From the NCBI GenBank assembly GCA_947627495.1, contig CANQWH010000002.1, positions 1 through 55,592 on the forward strand: 55,592 nucleotides of DNA, written 5' to 3'. The DNA is from an uncultured Clostridia bacterium (GTDB lineage: Bacteria; Bacillota; Clostridia; TANB77; CAG-508). This document shows positions 36,314 through 47,514 of this stretch, piece after piece. The notes beneath the pieces were generated by a model, which was not told the origin of the DNA, ran no database searches, and saw nothing but the letters and a program-made list of their open reading frames with translations. The translations under genes and the position numbers were made by a program. How positions within the stretch are numbered: position 1 is the first letter of the stretch; the number at the start of each line of letters is the position of its first letter.

Positions 36314-38914
36314 ATGGATAAAGTAAAAGTTCATTTAAAAAATAAAAAATTTTTTCCGGTGATTATCATATTAGCAATAAGTGTATTCATATTTAGTATA
36401 TTAGTATATTATAAAAATGTTATAGGATTAACAGATGAAAGTTCTAGTACATCAAGTGAAACACTAGCAAGTAAAGTAAAACCAGAAAATTATGGAGATT
36501 GGGCAGAATATAATGTAGATTTAAATGATGATGGAGATATAACAAATGATTGGAAAATATTTTATAATGATGGCACAAATGTATTTTTGATAGCAGCAGA
36601 TTATGTACCAATTAGTAAACTACCAACAAATGCAGGTTTAATAATTGATTATAATGATTATGCAGCTGGTTGGAGTCATAGTAGTAATTTCGCTGAAAAA
36701 AAAGGGCTAGAAGATATTTCAGATGAAATAGCAAAAAAATTTATGATAGAAAAATTAAAATCTTCTCAATATGGTACTCTTGCTTCTCAGTCAGCTAAAG
36801 CAACAGCAGTATTATTAGATCCAAATATATGGAGTTATTTTGCGAGTGGAATGGAAGGTTCACAAGCAACAGGTGCAGCAACTTTAGAAATGCTTTTAAG
36901 TAGTATGGAACAAAAAAAATATGAAAAAATAAATTATGATATAAACAAATATGGCTATTATAATAATGAAGAATGGTATTTTAATGTGAGACTTAATGAG
37001 GAAGATGATGTACTCAATGATGATTTATATTTCCCATACAAATACAATTTAAATGTTTGGAAGGGATATTGGTTAGCTGCTCCAACGGGTGACGGACACG
37101 GTAGTAGTGTTAATGACGGGCTTATATCCGTGGGTGGGCGAACGATTGCAGGTACTCCTAATTATAATTATGAAGGTATCCGTCCAGTAGTTTGTTTACC
37201 AGTTAATGCTGAGTTAACTTTGGAAGGTGATTCTTGGCTATTGCCTAAAGAATCAGCTAAAGTAATAACACATCACTTAGAATATGAAACAGAAAGAGAA
37301 CTAGCTAAAGATGTAATTCAAACTAAAGAAGTTGGAGATACATATACAACAACAATATCTGAAGAGGTACCAAATGAATATGAATTTGTAAAGAAAACAG
37401 ATAATTGGGAAGGAACAATAGAAAACACAGATGATATAGAAGTAACATATTGGTACAAAGAAAAAAGTTATATAATAACAACAAAAGTAGAAGGAACAGG
37501 TGGAACAATAACAGATGAAGGAAAAGAAATATGTGAAGAAGTAAAAGAAGGAAAAGATAGCGTAAAAGATATAATAGTTACACCTTATGAAGGATATTAT
37601 ATAAAAGAAATAAAAGTAAATAATGATACAATAGAGTTTGAGCCAAATGATGATGGAACATATATGTTAGATAAATTTACTAATATGACAGAAGATAAAC
37701 ATATAGTAGTAACATTTGCTAAAAAAGATACAGAAGACCCAGGCGAAGAACAAGAAGTACAAGTAATAACACATCATTTAGAATATGGAACAAATAAAAA
37801 ACTAGATGAAGATGTAATTCAAACAAAAAAAGTTGGAGAAACATATACAACAGAAATGTCTCAAAAGGTATTAGAGAAATATGAATTTGTAGAAAAAACA
37901 AATAATTGGGAAGGAACAATAGAAAACACACAAAATATAGAAGTTACATATTGGTATAAAGAAAAGAGTTACATAATAACAACAGAAGTAGAGGGAATAG
38001 GTGGAACAATAACAGATGAAGGAAAAGAAATATGTGAAGAAGTAGGAGAAGGAAAAGATAGTGTTAAAGATATAATAGTTACACCTGAAGAAGGATATTA
38101 TGTAAAAGAAATAAAAGTAAATGGTAGTGCAATAAATTTCGAAGCTAATGCAGATGGTACAGTTACTCTAAATAAATTTATTAATATGACAGAAGATAAA
38201 CATATAGTAGTAATATTTGCTAAAAAAGAACAAAAAGTACAAGTAATAACACATCATTTAGAATATGGAACAAATAAAAAACTAGATGAAGATGTAATTC
38301 AAACAAAAAAAGTTGGAGAAACATATACAACAGAAATGTCTCAAAAGGTATTAGAGAAATATGAATTTGTAGAAAAAACAAATAATTGGGAAGGAACAAT
38401 AGAAAACACACAAAATATAGAAGTTACATATTGGTATAAAGAAAAGAGTTACATAATAACAACAGAAGTAGAGGGAATAGGTGGAACAATAACAGATGAA
38501 GGAAAAGAAATATGTGAAGAAGTAGGAGAAGGAAAAGATAGTGTTAAAGATATAATAGTTACACCTGAAGAAGGATATTATGTAAAAGAAATAAAAGTAA
38601 ATGGTAGTGCAATAAATTTCGAAGCTAATGCAGATGGTACAGTTACTCTAAATAAATTTATTAATATGACAGAAGACAAACATGTTGTAGTAACATTTGC
38701 TAAATATGAACCAGGAGATTCAGGAGATGTGAATGAACCAGAAACTCCAGGAGATGATAATAATACAGAAAAGCCAGAAGATAAAGATGATACTCAAACA
38801 GATAATATAATTCCAAATACAGGAAATAGTAAATTTATAATAGTTTTAAGTATAATAATTGCTATATTTGGAGTAGGATGCTATATTCAATACAAGAAAA
38901 TTAAATTAAAATAA
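36314..38914 (+). CDS. Large cell-wall-anchored adhesin. It has an N-terminal anchor/signal, a domain of unknown function, three MucBP plus Ig-like repeat units, and an IPNTG sorting signal.
   Basis: The motif VITHHLEYGT...YTT...YEFV...IEVTYWYKEK occurs three times. The C-terminus is IPNTG, a hydrophobic stretch, then KKIKLK. Confidence 0.85.
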   Translation: MDKVKVHLKNKKFFPVIIILAISVFIFSILVYYKNVIGLTDESSSTSSETLASKVKPENYGDWAEYNVDLNDDGDITNDWKIFYNDGTNVFLIAADYVPISKLPTNAGLIIDYNDYAAGWSHSSNFAEKKGLEDISDEIAKKFMIEKLKSSQYGTLASQSAKATAVLLDPNIWSYFASGMEGSQATGAATLEMLLSSMEQKKYEKINYDINKYGYYNNEEWYFNVRLNEEDDVLNDDLYFPYKYNLNVWKGYWLAAPTGDGHGSSVNDGLISVGGRTIAGTPNYNYEGIRPVVCLPVNAELTLEGDSWLLPKESAKVITHHLEYETERELAKDVIQTKEVGDTYTTTISEEVPNEYEFVKKTDNWEGTIENTDDIEVTYWYKEKSYIITTKVEGTGGTITDEGKEICEEVKEGKDSVKDIIVTPYEGYYIKEIKVNNDTIEFEPNDDGTYMLDKFTNMTEDKHIVVTFAKKDTEDPGEEQEVQVITHHLEYGTNKKLDEDVIQTKKVGETYTTEMSQKVLEKYEFVEKTNNWEGTIENTQNIEVTYWYKEKSYIITTEVEGIGGTITDEGKEICEEVGEGKDSVKDIIVTPEEGYYVKEIKVNGSAINFEANADGTVTLNKFINMTEDKHIVVIFAKKEQKVQVITHHLEYGTNKKLDEDVIQTKKVGETYTTEMSQKVLEKYEFVEKTNNWEGTIENTQNIEVTYWYKEKSYIITTEVEGIGGTITDEGKEICEEVGEGKDSVKDIIVTPEEGYYVKEIKVNGSAINFEANADGTVTLNKFINMTEDKHVVVTFAKYEPGDSGDVNEPETPGDDNNTEKPEDKDDTQTDNIIPNTGNSKFIIVLSIIIAIFGVGCYIQYKKIKLK
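37757..38676 (+). repeat. Tandem 480-bp duplication inside the adhesin gene (37757-38196 is identical to 38237-38676)
   Basis: Line-by-line comparison at an offset of 480 nt shows about 440 nt of perfect identity. Confidence 0.9.
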
Positions 38915-38919
38915 AAAAT

Positions 38920-38959
38920 AATAAGGAAAAGGAAGAAAAAATTGCTTCCTTTTCTTATT
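38920..38959 (+). terminator. Terminator-like hairpin after the adhesin gene
   Basis: AATAAGGAAAAGGAAG / CTTCCTTTTCTTATT. No clean T-run. Confidence 0.45.
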
Positions 38960-38995
38960 ATAGCTAATAATATGAGGAAGGAATAATGTGAAAAT

Positions 38996-40819
38996 ATGCA
39001 AATGGATAAATATAAAGAGAAAATAAGTAATGTGATTAAAAGCGATATATGCAAGGAAATAGTAGTAGTTTTTTTATATTTACTTATTTGTTATATCTAC
39101 ATGGTTTTTTTAAGTGGTGATAGAATAAATTTAAAAACTTTTGTTATTTTTTCTGAATTTTGGGGAGAAAATGTAAAAAATGTTGTTACATATATATTTA
39201 GTTTTCAAAAATTCATATATAATTTTTTAATTTTTATATTTTTTTATATATTTATTTCTGGGATAACAAATAGAAAAATATCTTGTACAATTGTTTCAGT
39301 ATTTACGTTAGGCTTTGGTGTTTTAAATTATATAGTAAAACAAATTAGGGGAGCTGCTATTACTGTATCAGATATTTTTTCAATAAGAACAGCACTTAAT
39401 GTAGCAAAAGGGATAAAAATAGATATAGATTTAATTTTAATTGTATCTATTATACTATTCATAATTATAAATCTAATACTATGGATTTTTATAAAATTCA
39501 GAAACAAACAAAAAACAAGAGCGAGAATTATAAAAATATTTATAGGAATTATTGGAATAATAGTTTTATTCATAAAAATAGACAAAATAAATCTACTTTC
39601 AGAAGAAACTGAAATTTTTAATATAAATAGTGAGTATAATAAATTAGGAGCAAATGTTACTTTAATGAAAATGATTAAGGATTTGAATGTATCAAAGCCA
39701 AAAAATTATAATAAAAATAAAATAGAAGGTATATTAGAACAATATACAGACGATATACGAGAAAAAAATGAAAATCTTCCTAATGTTATTGTAGTAATAA
39801 ATGAATCTTTTGCAGACTTACAATCTGTATATAATTTTGAAGATATTTCTGAAGATAACATAAAATATTTTCATGAACTTATAGGAGAAGAAAATGTTGT
39901 AAGTGGAATTATGCATTCATCATGGTATGGATATGGTACTGCTAATGTAGAATATGAATTTCTAACTCAAAATACAACTGCTTTTTTGCCAAAAGGATCT
40001 GTGCCATACCAACAATATATTACGAAAGAAGTTAAAGAATCCATGGTTGAATATATGAATAAACTTAATTATAATACTTATGGAATACATCCTTATTATG
40101 AAACAGGTTATAATAGATTTAAAATTTATAATTTACTAAAATTTAAAAATGTAGTTTTTTTATATGATATGCCAAATATAACAGGTTCTTTAAATATGTT
40201 CCCTTCTGATGCATCTACATATTCTTATTGGTATAATATTATGAATGAGAAAGAAAATACAGAAAAAAATTTTACATTTATTATGACTGTACAAAACCAT
40301 GTACCATATAATAATATAGATAGAAATCGTGTAAAATATAGTGAAGATAAGCAGTTAAACTCATACATGCAGGGAGAAGAAGAATCTGATGAAGCACTAA
40401 AAGAATTAATAGAATTTATAAAAAATTATAATGAAAATACTATTTTGCTATTTTTTGGAGATCATCAACCAAGTTTAAACATATTAAATAATGGAGATAT
40501 AGATAGCAATTATTCAAAAGAAGAAGAAAAGTATATTATTCCATTTATAATATTTGCAAATTTTGATATAGAAGAACAATCTAATATAGAAATAAGTACT
40601 AATTATTTGCAAAGCTTATTGCTAGATGTAGCTAATATGCCAAAAACATCTTATGCAAAATATGTTTCTAAATTAAGAGAAGAAATTCCTGTAATAACTG
40701 CTCAATATTACAAGGATAAAGATGGAAATTTATATAACGTTCAAGATAAGGAATCACCATACTATAATAAAATTCAAGAGTATTGGCAAATAATTTATTA
40801 CAAAATGTTTATAGATTAA
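38996..40819 (+). CDS. LTA synthase/sulfatase-family membrane protein (LtaS-like)
   Basis: Multi-TM N-terminus plus an extracellular sulfatase-like domain (NVIVVINESFAD, FFGDHQP). Confidence 0.75.
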   Translation: MQMDKYKEKISNVIKSDICKEIVVVFLYLLICYIYMVFLSGDRINLKTFVIFSEFWGENVKNVVTYIFSFQKFIYNFLIFIFFYIFISGITNRKISCTIVSVFTLGFGVLNYIVKQIRGAAITVSDIFSIRTALNVAKGIKIDIDLILIVSIILFIIINLILWIFIKFRNKQKTRARIIKIFIGIIGIIVLFIKIDKINLLSEETEIFNINSEYNKLGANVTLMKMIKDLNVSKPKNYNKNKIEGILEQYTDDIREKNENLPNVIVVINESFADLQSVYNFEDISEDNIKYFHELIGEENVVSGIMHSSWYGYGTANVEYEFLTQNTTAFLPKGSVPYQQYITKEVKESMVEYMNKLNYNTYGIHPYYETGYNRFKIYNLLKFKNVVFLYDMPNITGSLNMFPSDASTYSYWYNIMNEKENTEKNFTFIMTVQNHVPYNNIDRNRVKYSEDKQLNSYMQGEEESDEALKELIEFIKNYNENTILLFFGDHQPSLNILNNGDIDSNYSKEEEKYIIPFIIFANFDIEEQSNIEISTNYLQSLLLDVANMPKTSYAKYVSKLREEIPVITAQYYKDKDGNLYNVQDKESPYYNKIQEYWQIIYYKMFID

Positions 40820-40960
40820 TATTAGTATAGAACTATGGAAAACATAGCTCTTAAAGTTAATGATTACAGCTATAGCATATTTAATTATCTAATTTCTATT
40901 GCATAAATTTAATTAATATTATAAAATTATAAATATTAAAATTATAGGGGGTTATATGAA

Positions 40961-42268
40961 ATGTCAAATATAAAAGTTGATTTGAAAAATACTGGACTAG
41001 ATAAAGAAGAATTAATGAAGTATAGTGAGCAAGTAGAAGCTGCACATAATGAATTACATAATATAGCTAACGATGAAAATGAATTTGCAGGTTGGCTTCA
41101 TTTGCCAACAAATTATAATGTGGAAGAGTTTGAGAGAATAAAAAAGAGTGCAGAGAAGATAAAAAACGATTCAGAAGTTTTTTTGGTAATAGGAATAGGA
41201 GGTTCATACCTTGGAGCAAGAGCAGTTATAGAATCTTTAACAAATACTTTTTATAATTTGCTACCAAATAGAAAAACACCACAAATATTTTATGTAGGAA
41301 ATAATTTAAGTCCTAATTATATAAACGATTTATTAGAATGCATAGGGAATAGAGATGTTTCAATAAATGTTATATCAAAATCAGGAACAACAACAGAACC
41401 TGCTATAGCCTTTAGAATATTTAGAGAATTTATGGAATCTAAATATGGAATTGATGAGGCAAGACGTAGAATATATATTACAACAGATAAAGAAAAAGGT
41501 GCATTAAAAAAACTTTCAAATGAAGAAGAATATGAAACATTTGTAATCCCAGATAATATAGGTGGAAGATATTCTGTTTTAACAGCAGTTGGGCTTTTGC
41601 CAATTGCAGTAGCTGGTATCGATATAGATAAATTAATGTATGGAGCAAAAACAGCAGAAGATAAGTATAATGAAATAACTGTAAAATATAATGAATGTTA
41701 TCAGTATGCTGTAGCAAGAAATATACTATATAAGAAGGAAAAAAATACAGAAATTTTAGTAAATTATGAACCAAAAATGCAATATTTTACAGAATGGTGG
41801 AAACAATTATATGGAGAGAGTGAAGGAAAAGACCATAAAGGTATATTCCCAGCAGGGGCAATGTTTACAACAGATTTACATTCTCTAGGACAATATATAC
41901 AAGACGGAAGAAGAAACTTATTTGAAACTGTAATAAGTATAGAGGAACCTGAAACAGATATAAAAATAAAAAAAGATGCGGATAATATAGATGGATTAAA
42001 TTTTGTAGCAGATAAAACTATGGACTTTGTAAACAAAAAAGCAATGGAAGGTACAATAGAAGCACATATTTCAGGAGAAGTTCCAAATATATTAATAAAA
42101 CTAAAAAAATTAGATGCGGAAAACTTAGGAGAACTTATTTACTTCTTTGAACTTGCATGTGGAATATCAGGAAAAATATTAGGTGTAAATCCATTTAATC
42201 AACCAGGAGTAGAAGCATATAAAAAGAATATGTTTAGGTTATTAGGAAAACCAGGATACGAGAAATAA
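40961..42268 (+). CDS. pgi: Glucose-6-phosphate isomerase
   Basis: [42 protein letters not shown]. Confidence 0.95.
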   Translation: MSNIKVDLKNTGLDKEELMKYSEQVEAAHNELHNIANDENEFAGWLHLPTNYNVEEFERIKKSAEKIKNDSEVFLVIGIGGSYLGARAVIESLTNTFYNLLPNRKTPQIFYVGNNLSPNYINDLLECIGNRDVSINVISKSGTTTEPAIAFRIFREFMESKYGIDEARRRIYITTDKEKGALKKLSNEEEYETFVIPDNIGGRYSVLTAVGLLPIAVAGIDIDKLMYGAKTAEDKYNEITVKYNECYQYAVARNILYKKEKNTEILVNYEPKMQYFTEWWKQLYGESEGKDHKGIFPAGAMFTTDLHSLGQYIQDGRRNLFETVISIEEPETDIKIKKDADNIDGLNFVADKTMDFVNKKAMEGTIEAHISGEVPNILIKLKKLDAENLGELIYFFELACGISGKILGVNPFNQPGVEAYKKNMFRLLGKPGYEK

Positions 42269-42357
42269 TTTTATTAATATTTTAGAATAAAATAGCACAT
42301 AGTTTACGTTTAAGAGAAATAACTTAAAACTGTGTGCTATTTAAAAGAAAGGGAAAT

Positions 42358-43137
42358 ATGAATACAATAACTTTTCCATTGTTACATTTAAAAATTAACA
42401 TGGATAATGTAGCATTTACAATATTTGATATAGATATATATTGGTATGCAATTTTAATTGTATCAGCAATGGCAATTGCATTTTTGATATTTAAAATACG
42501 AGATGGACTGTATGGAATAAAATTTTCGGATATTATAGATTTAAGCATATATTTAATTCCAATATCTATAGCTTCTGCAAGGCTTTATTATGTATTATTT
42601 AATTTAAGTGAATATATGGAAGACCCAATTAGAATATTAAATTTCAGAGGAGGAGGACTTGCAATTTATGGGGGAATAATAGGAGGTTTTATTACGTGTT
42701 TTATATTTTGCCAAAAGAGAGATATAAAGCTATTAAATTTTTTAGATTTTGTTGCACCAGGAATTGCTTTAGGACAAGCAATTGGCAGATGGGGAAATTT
42801 TGTAAATATAGAGGCATATGGAACAGAAACCACATTACCTTGGAGAATGGGAATATATGAGCTAGGGGAATATATAGAGGTACATCCAACATTTTTGTAT
42901 GAATCAATTGCAACTTTTATTTTGTTTATTGTACTTATGAGTATAAAAAATAAGAGAAAATTTGTAGGTCAATTAACATATATTTATTTTATTTGGTACA
43001 GTTTTGTAAGAATGCTAATAGAAGGCTTAAGAACAGATAGTTTAATGTTAGGAACTATACGAATTTCCCAGTTATTATCATTAATAATATTTATAATTTC
43101 AGTAAGTTTGTATGTAAAAGCAAAGAAAAAAAATTGA
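42358..43137 (+). CDS. lgt: Prolipoprotein diacylglyceryl transferase
   Basis: YWYAILIV, GGLAIYGGIIGG, GRWGNFVNIEAYG. The ATG at 42358 follows AAGGGAAA. Confidence 0.9.
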   Translation: MNTITFPLLHLKINMDNVAFTIFDIDIYWYAILIVSAMAIAFLIFKIRDGLYGIKFSDIIDLSIYLIPISIASARLYYVLFNLSEYMEDPIRILNFRGGGLAIYGGIIGGFITCFIFCQKRDIKLLNFLDFVAPGIALGQAIGRWGNFVNIEAYGTETTLPWRMGIYELGEYIEVHPTFLYESIATFILFIVLMSIKNKRKFVGQLTYIYFIWYSFVRMLIEGLRTDSLMLGTIRISQLLSLIIFIISVSLYVKAKKKN

Positions 43138-43163
43138 AATGGTGGCTTTACCAGCCACCATTT
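43137..43163. terminator. Hairpin AAATGGTGGCT/AGCCACCATTT between the convergent lgt and PBP genes. A T-run follows it on the minus strand.
   Basis: Read from the sequence. It overlaps the PBP stop codon. Confidence 0.6.
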
Positions 43164-45362
43164 AATTCGCTCTTAAGTGTTAAATTAATTACAGAACCAA
43201 TTTCAACAGTAGTATCTGCTGCAATATCTTGGCTAATTACTTTTCCACTACCATCAAGTACTATATTTAAGTTTGCTTCAGTAGCAATATTTATTGCTTC
43301 AGAAGCAGTAAGACCTCTAAAATTAGGAACTGTAACCGAAGCTGCAACATTACTGTTTTGTGTATATAAGAATACGTTTGCACCATCTAATAGATGTGCT
43401 CCTTTTTTAGGCATTTGATTTGTTACAAGGTCTGTATCGTTAGCAGTATTATCTGTATGAACAATAAATCCATAAGATTGTAATAATTCTCTTGCTTCTG
43501 CAATTGTTTTGTTTTGTAAATCAGGCATTGTGTGTGTTTCATAATTAGATTCTGTGTTAGAAGTTGAGGCAACTCCTATATATGGTAAAATTTCAGATAA
43601 AACTTGTCCAACAACAGGACCAGCAATTTCTCCACCTTGATGTGAATAACCTTTTGGGTTATATAAAGCAACTAAAATAACAGCTTGTGTGTTTACAGTA
43701 GGTGAAAGACCTATAAATGAGGCAACATATGTACCATTATTTTGTGCTAAATTTTCAGTAGTTCCTGATTTTCCTCCTATAGAATAACCTTTTACATCAG
43801 CATATCTTCCTGTTCCATCACTTACTGCGTAATCTAACATATCCATTACTGTATTTGCAGTTTCTTTAGAAACAACTTGCCTAACAGATACAGGTTCTGG
43901 GGTTGTAATACTACCTGTATTCGTATCTACAATTTTATCTATAATTCTAGGTTGCATTAAAACACCTTCATTAGCAAGTGCAGAAACAGCTGTTACAAGT
44001 TGCAATGGTGTAATTGTAATACCTTGACCAAATGACATTTCTGCAAGTTCAAATTTTCTTATAGAATTTAAATTATAGAAAATACCGTTAGCTTCTCCGT
44101 AAAATTGAGAATTTGTGTTTGTTAATAATCCGGAAAGCATCATAATATTTATATAAAGTAGGTGCTCCTATTTTTAAACCTAATTGTATAAAAGATGGGT
44201 TACAAGAATTAGCAAGAGCTTGTTTTAAACTCTGGCCTAAATGAGGATTTTTATATCTCCAACAATTTATGGGTATATCATCAACAACTTCTTGACCATT
44301 ACAATAAAATATATCAGGTGTTTCAGCTTCTACAATTCCTTCCTCTAATCCAACGGCCGATGTAATTATTTTAAAAGTAGATCCTGGTTCATAAGTGTTT
44401 TGAACAGCTTTGTTTCGCCACATTTCATATAAATAGTTAGACTGTTCTTGACCAGAAAGTGTATCCCAAGTTTCTAAAGTAGTTACATCAATTGGTGTAT
44501 ACGGAGTATTTAAATTATAATCTGGGTAATTTGCCATTGCTAAAACATTGCCAGTAGATGGTTCCATTATAACTATTGTTCCATAATCAGCAACATTATC
44601 AATAACTGCTTGTGAAAGATATTTTTCAGCAATAGATTGAATATTAACATCTATAGTTAAATATACGTTACTACCATCTTTAGCAGCTATATATGATTGC
44701 TGTTGATTTGGAATTTCTGAATTAATAGAATCTGTTATGGTAACAGACTTACCAACTGTACCAGATAATATAGAATCAAGAGAATTTTCTAAACCAAATA
44801 GTCCAGTATTATCAGTTCCAGTAAAACCTATTACATGGCTTGCTAAATTGTTATATGGGTAATATCTTTTAATTGAAGAATCTATATTAATTCCAGAAGT
44901 TACATCATTAGTTTCCATCCAATTTCGTAATTGGTCTATTTTATCACTTTCAACCTTAGAAGCAATTGTAACATAAGATTGTTCAGAAGAAAGCTTGTTT
45001 AAAGTTTCAGTATAATCTAATGAAAATATACTACTAAAGGATTGTGCCACAAAATCTAAATCTACATCTGTATTATCAGAATGTTTTAATCTAGTAGGAT
45101 TTACAGAAACAGTATCAACCTCTGCACTAATTGCAAGAACCTTACCATTAGTATCATAAATAATTCCTCTTGAAGCATCTATAGTTTTAGTGGAAGTTTG
45201 TTGAGTACTAGCCTGTTTACTTAGCCAATTTCCTCTTACAAATTGAAGATAAGCAAGTCTAATTATAAGTAAAATGAATAGAAAAAATAGGAAAACTTCC
45301 ATAACTCTTAATTTTTTTATATTAGTATTGTTAATTTTTATCACTTTTTTGGATTTCTTCAT
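43148..45362 (-). pseudogene. Class B penicillin-binding protein (SpoVD/PBP2B type, two C-terminal PASTA domains) split by a +1 frameshift near 44132
   Basis: The N-terminal ORF contains STFK and ends ...YKYYDAFRIINKHK*. The overlapping ORF continues as GLLTNTNSQFYGEANG... and carries the PASTA repeats. Removing one C from GCTTTCCGGA restores YYDAFGLLTN. Confidence 0.75.
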
Positions 45363-45420
45363 AAGTTCCTCCTATAAACAGTAACATTTTAGTTATTACT
45401 TTAAACTAATTATACACACT

Positions 45421-45496
45421 AAAGTAGCCAAACGCAGGAGTTTCATATTTTTTTCTTAAAAAAAATATGAAAGCTCCGATAAGATTTGGCAGACTT
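45421..45496 (-). repeat. Nested-palindrome family, short form (lacks the GC-rich core)
   Basis: The rc reads AAGTCTGCCAAATCTTATCGGAGCTTTCATATTTTTTTT-AAGAAAAAAATATGAAACTCCTGCGTTTGGCTACTTT. Confidence 0.8.
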
Positions 45497-45671
45497 AATT
45501 ATTCTTATAATCTGAATATTTACATTTTATATTATAAATAAGTAAAAATCAATACTTTTATCTTGTTTTTTTGAAGAAAACGTTATATAATGTTACTGTT
45601 TGTTTTTAAGTATAAATAATAAAAAGAACAATACAATTTCTTAAGAAAATTAGAAAGGAATGATTTTTTTT

Positions 45672-45956
45672 ATGCAAGTTGATAGAAAAGAAATTTTGCA
45701 TATTGCAAACTTAGCAAGTCTTAATATTAAAGAAGACGAGATTGAAGAATATAGAAAAAACCTTCAGGATATATTAAATTTTGCTAATATTGTTAATAGT
45801 GTAAATACGGATAATATAAATGAAACAATTGGAAGTACAAATAATGTAAATGTATTTAGAGAAGATGAAATAAAGGAATTTGAAGATAAAGAACTTTTAT
45901 TAGAAAATGTTCCAGATAAAGAAAATAATATGTTTAAAATTCCAAAAGTAATTTAG
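45672..45956 (+). CDS. gatC: Glu/Asp-tRNA amidotransferase subunit C
   Basis: ILHIANLASLNIKEDEIEEYRKNLQDILNF, and its position before gatA and gatB. Confidence 0.9.
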   Translation: MQVDRKEILHIANLASLNIKEDEIEEYRKNLQDILNFANIVNSVNTDNINETIGSTNNVNVFREDEIKEFEDKELLLENVPDKENNMFKIPKVI

Positions 45957-45966
45957 TTATATGTAC

Positions 45967-46015
45967 AAAGTAGCCAAATGCAAATATGAAAGCTCCTTTC
46001 GAGTTTGGCGGACTT
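45967..46015 (-). repeat. Nested-palindrome family, truncated derivative in the gatC-gatA spacer
   Basis: CAAAGTAGCCAAATGCAAATATGAAAGCTCCTTTCGAGTTTGGCGGACTTT. Confidence 0.7.
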
Positions 46016-46052
46016 TTAATAATAATTCATTATAAGAAATGGAGGAAATTTA

Positions 46053-47498
46053 ATGGAACTTTATGAATTAACTGTTCATGAATTAATGGACAAGCTAAAT
46101 AAAAATGAGATTACATCTGAGGATATAGTTAAAAGTTATACAAAGAGAATAGAAGAAAAAGAAAAAGATATTGGAGCATTTGTAACTATAACAACAGATG
46201 AAGCTTTAGAAAAATCAAAAAATGTAAAAAATCGAAATTTAGCAGGTATTCCAATAGGAATAAAAGATAACTTATGTACTAAGGGAGTAAAAACAACATG
46301 TAGTTCAAAAATGCTAGAAAATTTTGTGGCACCATATAATGCAACAGTAGTAGAAAAATTAGAAGATGAAGGAATAATAAGCCTTGGAAAATTAAATATG
46401 GACGAATTTGCAATGGGTTCTTCAACAGAATATTCAGCATTTAAAACAACAAAAAATCCATGGAACTTAAATGCAGTACCAGGAGGTTCAAGCGGAGGAA
46501 GCGCAGCAGCAGTAGCAAGCCAAATGGTACCATGGGCACTTGGTTCAGATACAGGAGGTTCAATACGTCAACCAGCATCTCTTTGTGGTGTAGTTGGGTT
46601 AAAGCCAACTTATGGTTTAGTATCAAGATATGGACTAGTTGCTTTTGCTTCATCATTAGATCAAATAGGACCAATCACAAAGGATGTTGAAGATAGTGCA
46701 ATATTATTAAATGTAATAGCAGGGCATGATGAAAAAGATTCTACATCTGCAAATATGCCAAAGAAGGATTATACAAAAAGTTTAGTAAAAGATGTATCTA
46801 AATTAAAAGTAGGTGTTCCAAAAGAATTTTTAGGTGAGGGAATAAATGAAGAAGTAAAGCAAAGTGTTGAAGAAGCAATTAAAAAGTATAAGGAATTAGG
46901 AGCAACAGTTGAAGAATGTACTTTAGATATTGCAAATGAAGCTTTAGCTACTTACTATATAATAGCATGTGCAGAAGCAAGTTCAAATTTAGGAAGATTT
47001 GATGGAATTAGATATGGTTATAGAGCAAAAAACTTTGAAACACTAAAAGATATTTATAAAAATTCAAGAAGTGAAGGATTTGGAGCAGAGGTAAAGAGAA
47101 GAATAATATTAGGAACTTATGTGCTTTCATCTGGATATTATGATGCATATTATAAAAAAGCTCAAAAAGTAAGAACAGTTATAAAACAAGAATTTGAAAA
47201 ATTATTTGAAAAATACGATTTATTAATAACTCCAACATCTCCAACAGTTGCATATAAAATAGGAACAAAATCAAATAATCCACTAGAAATGTATTTAGCA
47301 GATTTATGTACAGTTTCTGTAAATATTGCAGGACTTCCAGGAATATCAATTCCTTGTGGAGTAGATAAAAAAGGTATGCCTATAGGATTGCAATTAATAG
47401 GTAAGCCTTTTGGCGAAGAAACATTATTGCAGGCAGCATATACTTATGAACAAGAAGTTAAATTTAGAGAAAAATATAAACCACAATTTAAAAGTTAG
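46053..47498 (+). CDS. gatA: Glu/Asp-tRNA amidotransferase subunit A
   Basis: Amidase signature [12 protein letters not shown]...[12 protein letters not shown]. Confidence 0.95.
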   Translation: MELYELTVHELMDKLNKNEITSEDIVKSYTKRIEEKEKDIGAFVTITTDEALEKSKNVKNRNLAGIPIGIKDNLCTKGVKTTCSSKMLENFVAPYNATVVEKLEDEGIISLGKLNMDEFAMGSSTEYSAFKTTKNPWNLNAVPGGSSGGSAAAVASQMVPWALGSDTGGSIRQPASLCGVVGLKPTYGLVSRYGLVAFASSLDQIGPITKDVEDSAILLNVIAGHDEKDSTSANMPKKDYTKSLVKDVSKLKVGVPKEFLGEGINEEVKQSVEEAIKKYKELGATVEECTLDIANEALATYYIIACAEASSNLGRFDGIRYGYRAKNFETLKDIYKNSRSEGFGAEVKRRIILGTYVLSSGYYDAYYKKAQKVRTVIKQEFEKLFEKYDLLITPTSPTVAYKIGTKSNNPLEMYLADLCTVSVNIAGLPGISIPCGVDKKGMPIGLQLIGKPFGEETLLQAAYTYEQEVKFREKYKPQFKS

Positions 47499-47514
47499 GA
47501 AGGAATGATAAAAA

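Noticed and set aside
37085-37150. A second locally A-poor, GC-richer patch inside the adhesin gene (GDGHGSSVNDGLISVGGRTIAG, between WLAAP and GIRPVV). I considered it as another DGR variable region.
   Set aside because: Only about 65 nt are affected, and only 4 of about 23 codons are NNC. There is no similarity to the 1983-2135 segment. The flanking W-L-x-x-P...G-I-R-P motif looks like a conserved domain core. It is worth rechecking only if a DGR RT and TR are found in the genome.
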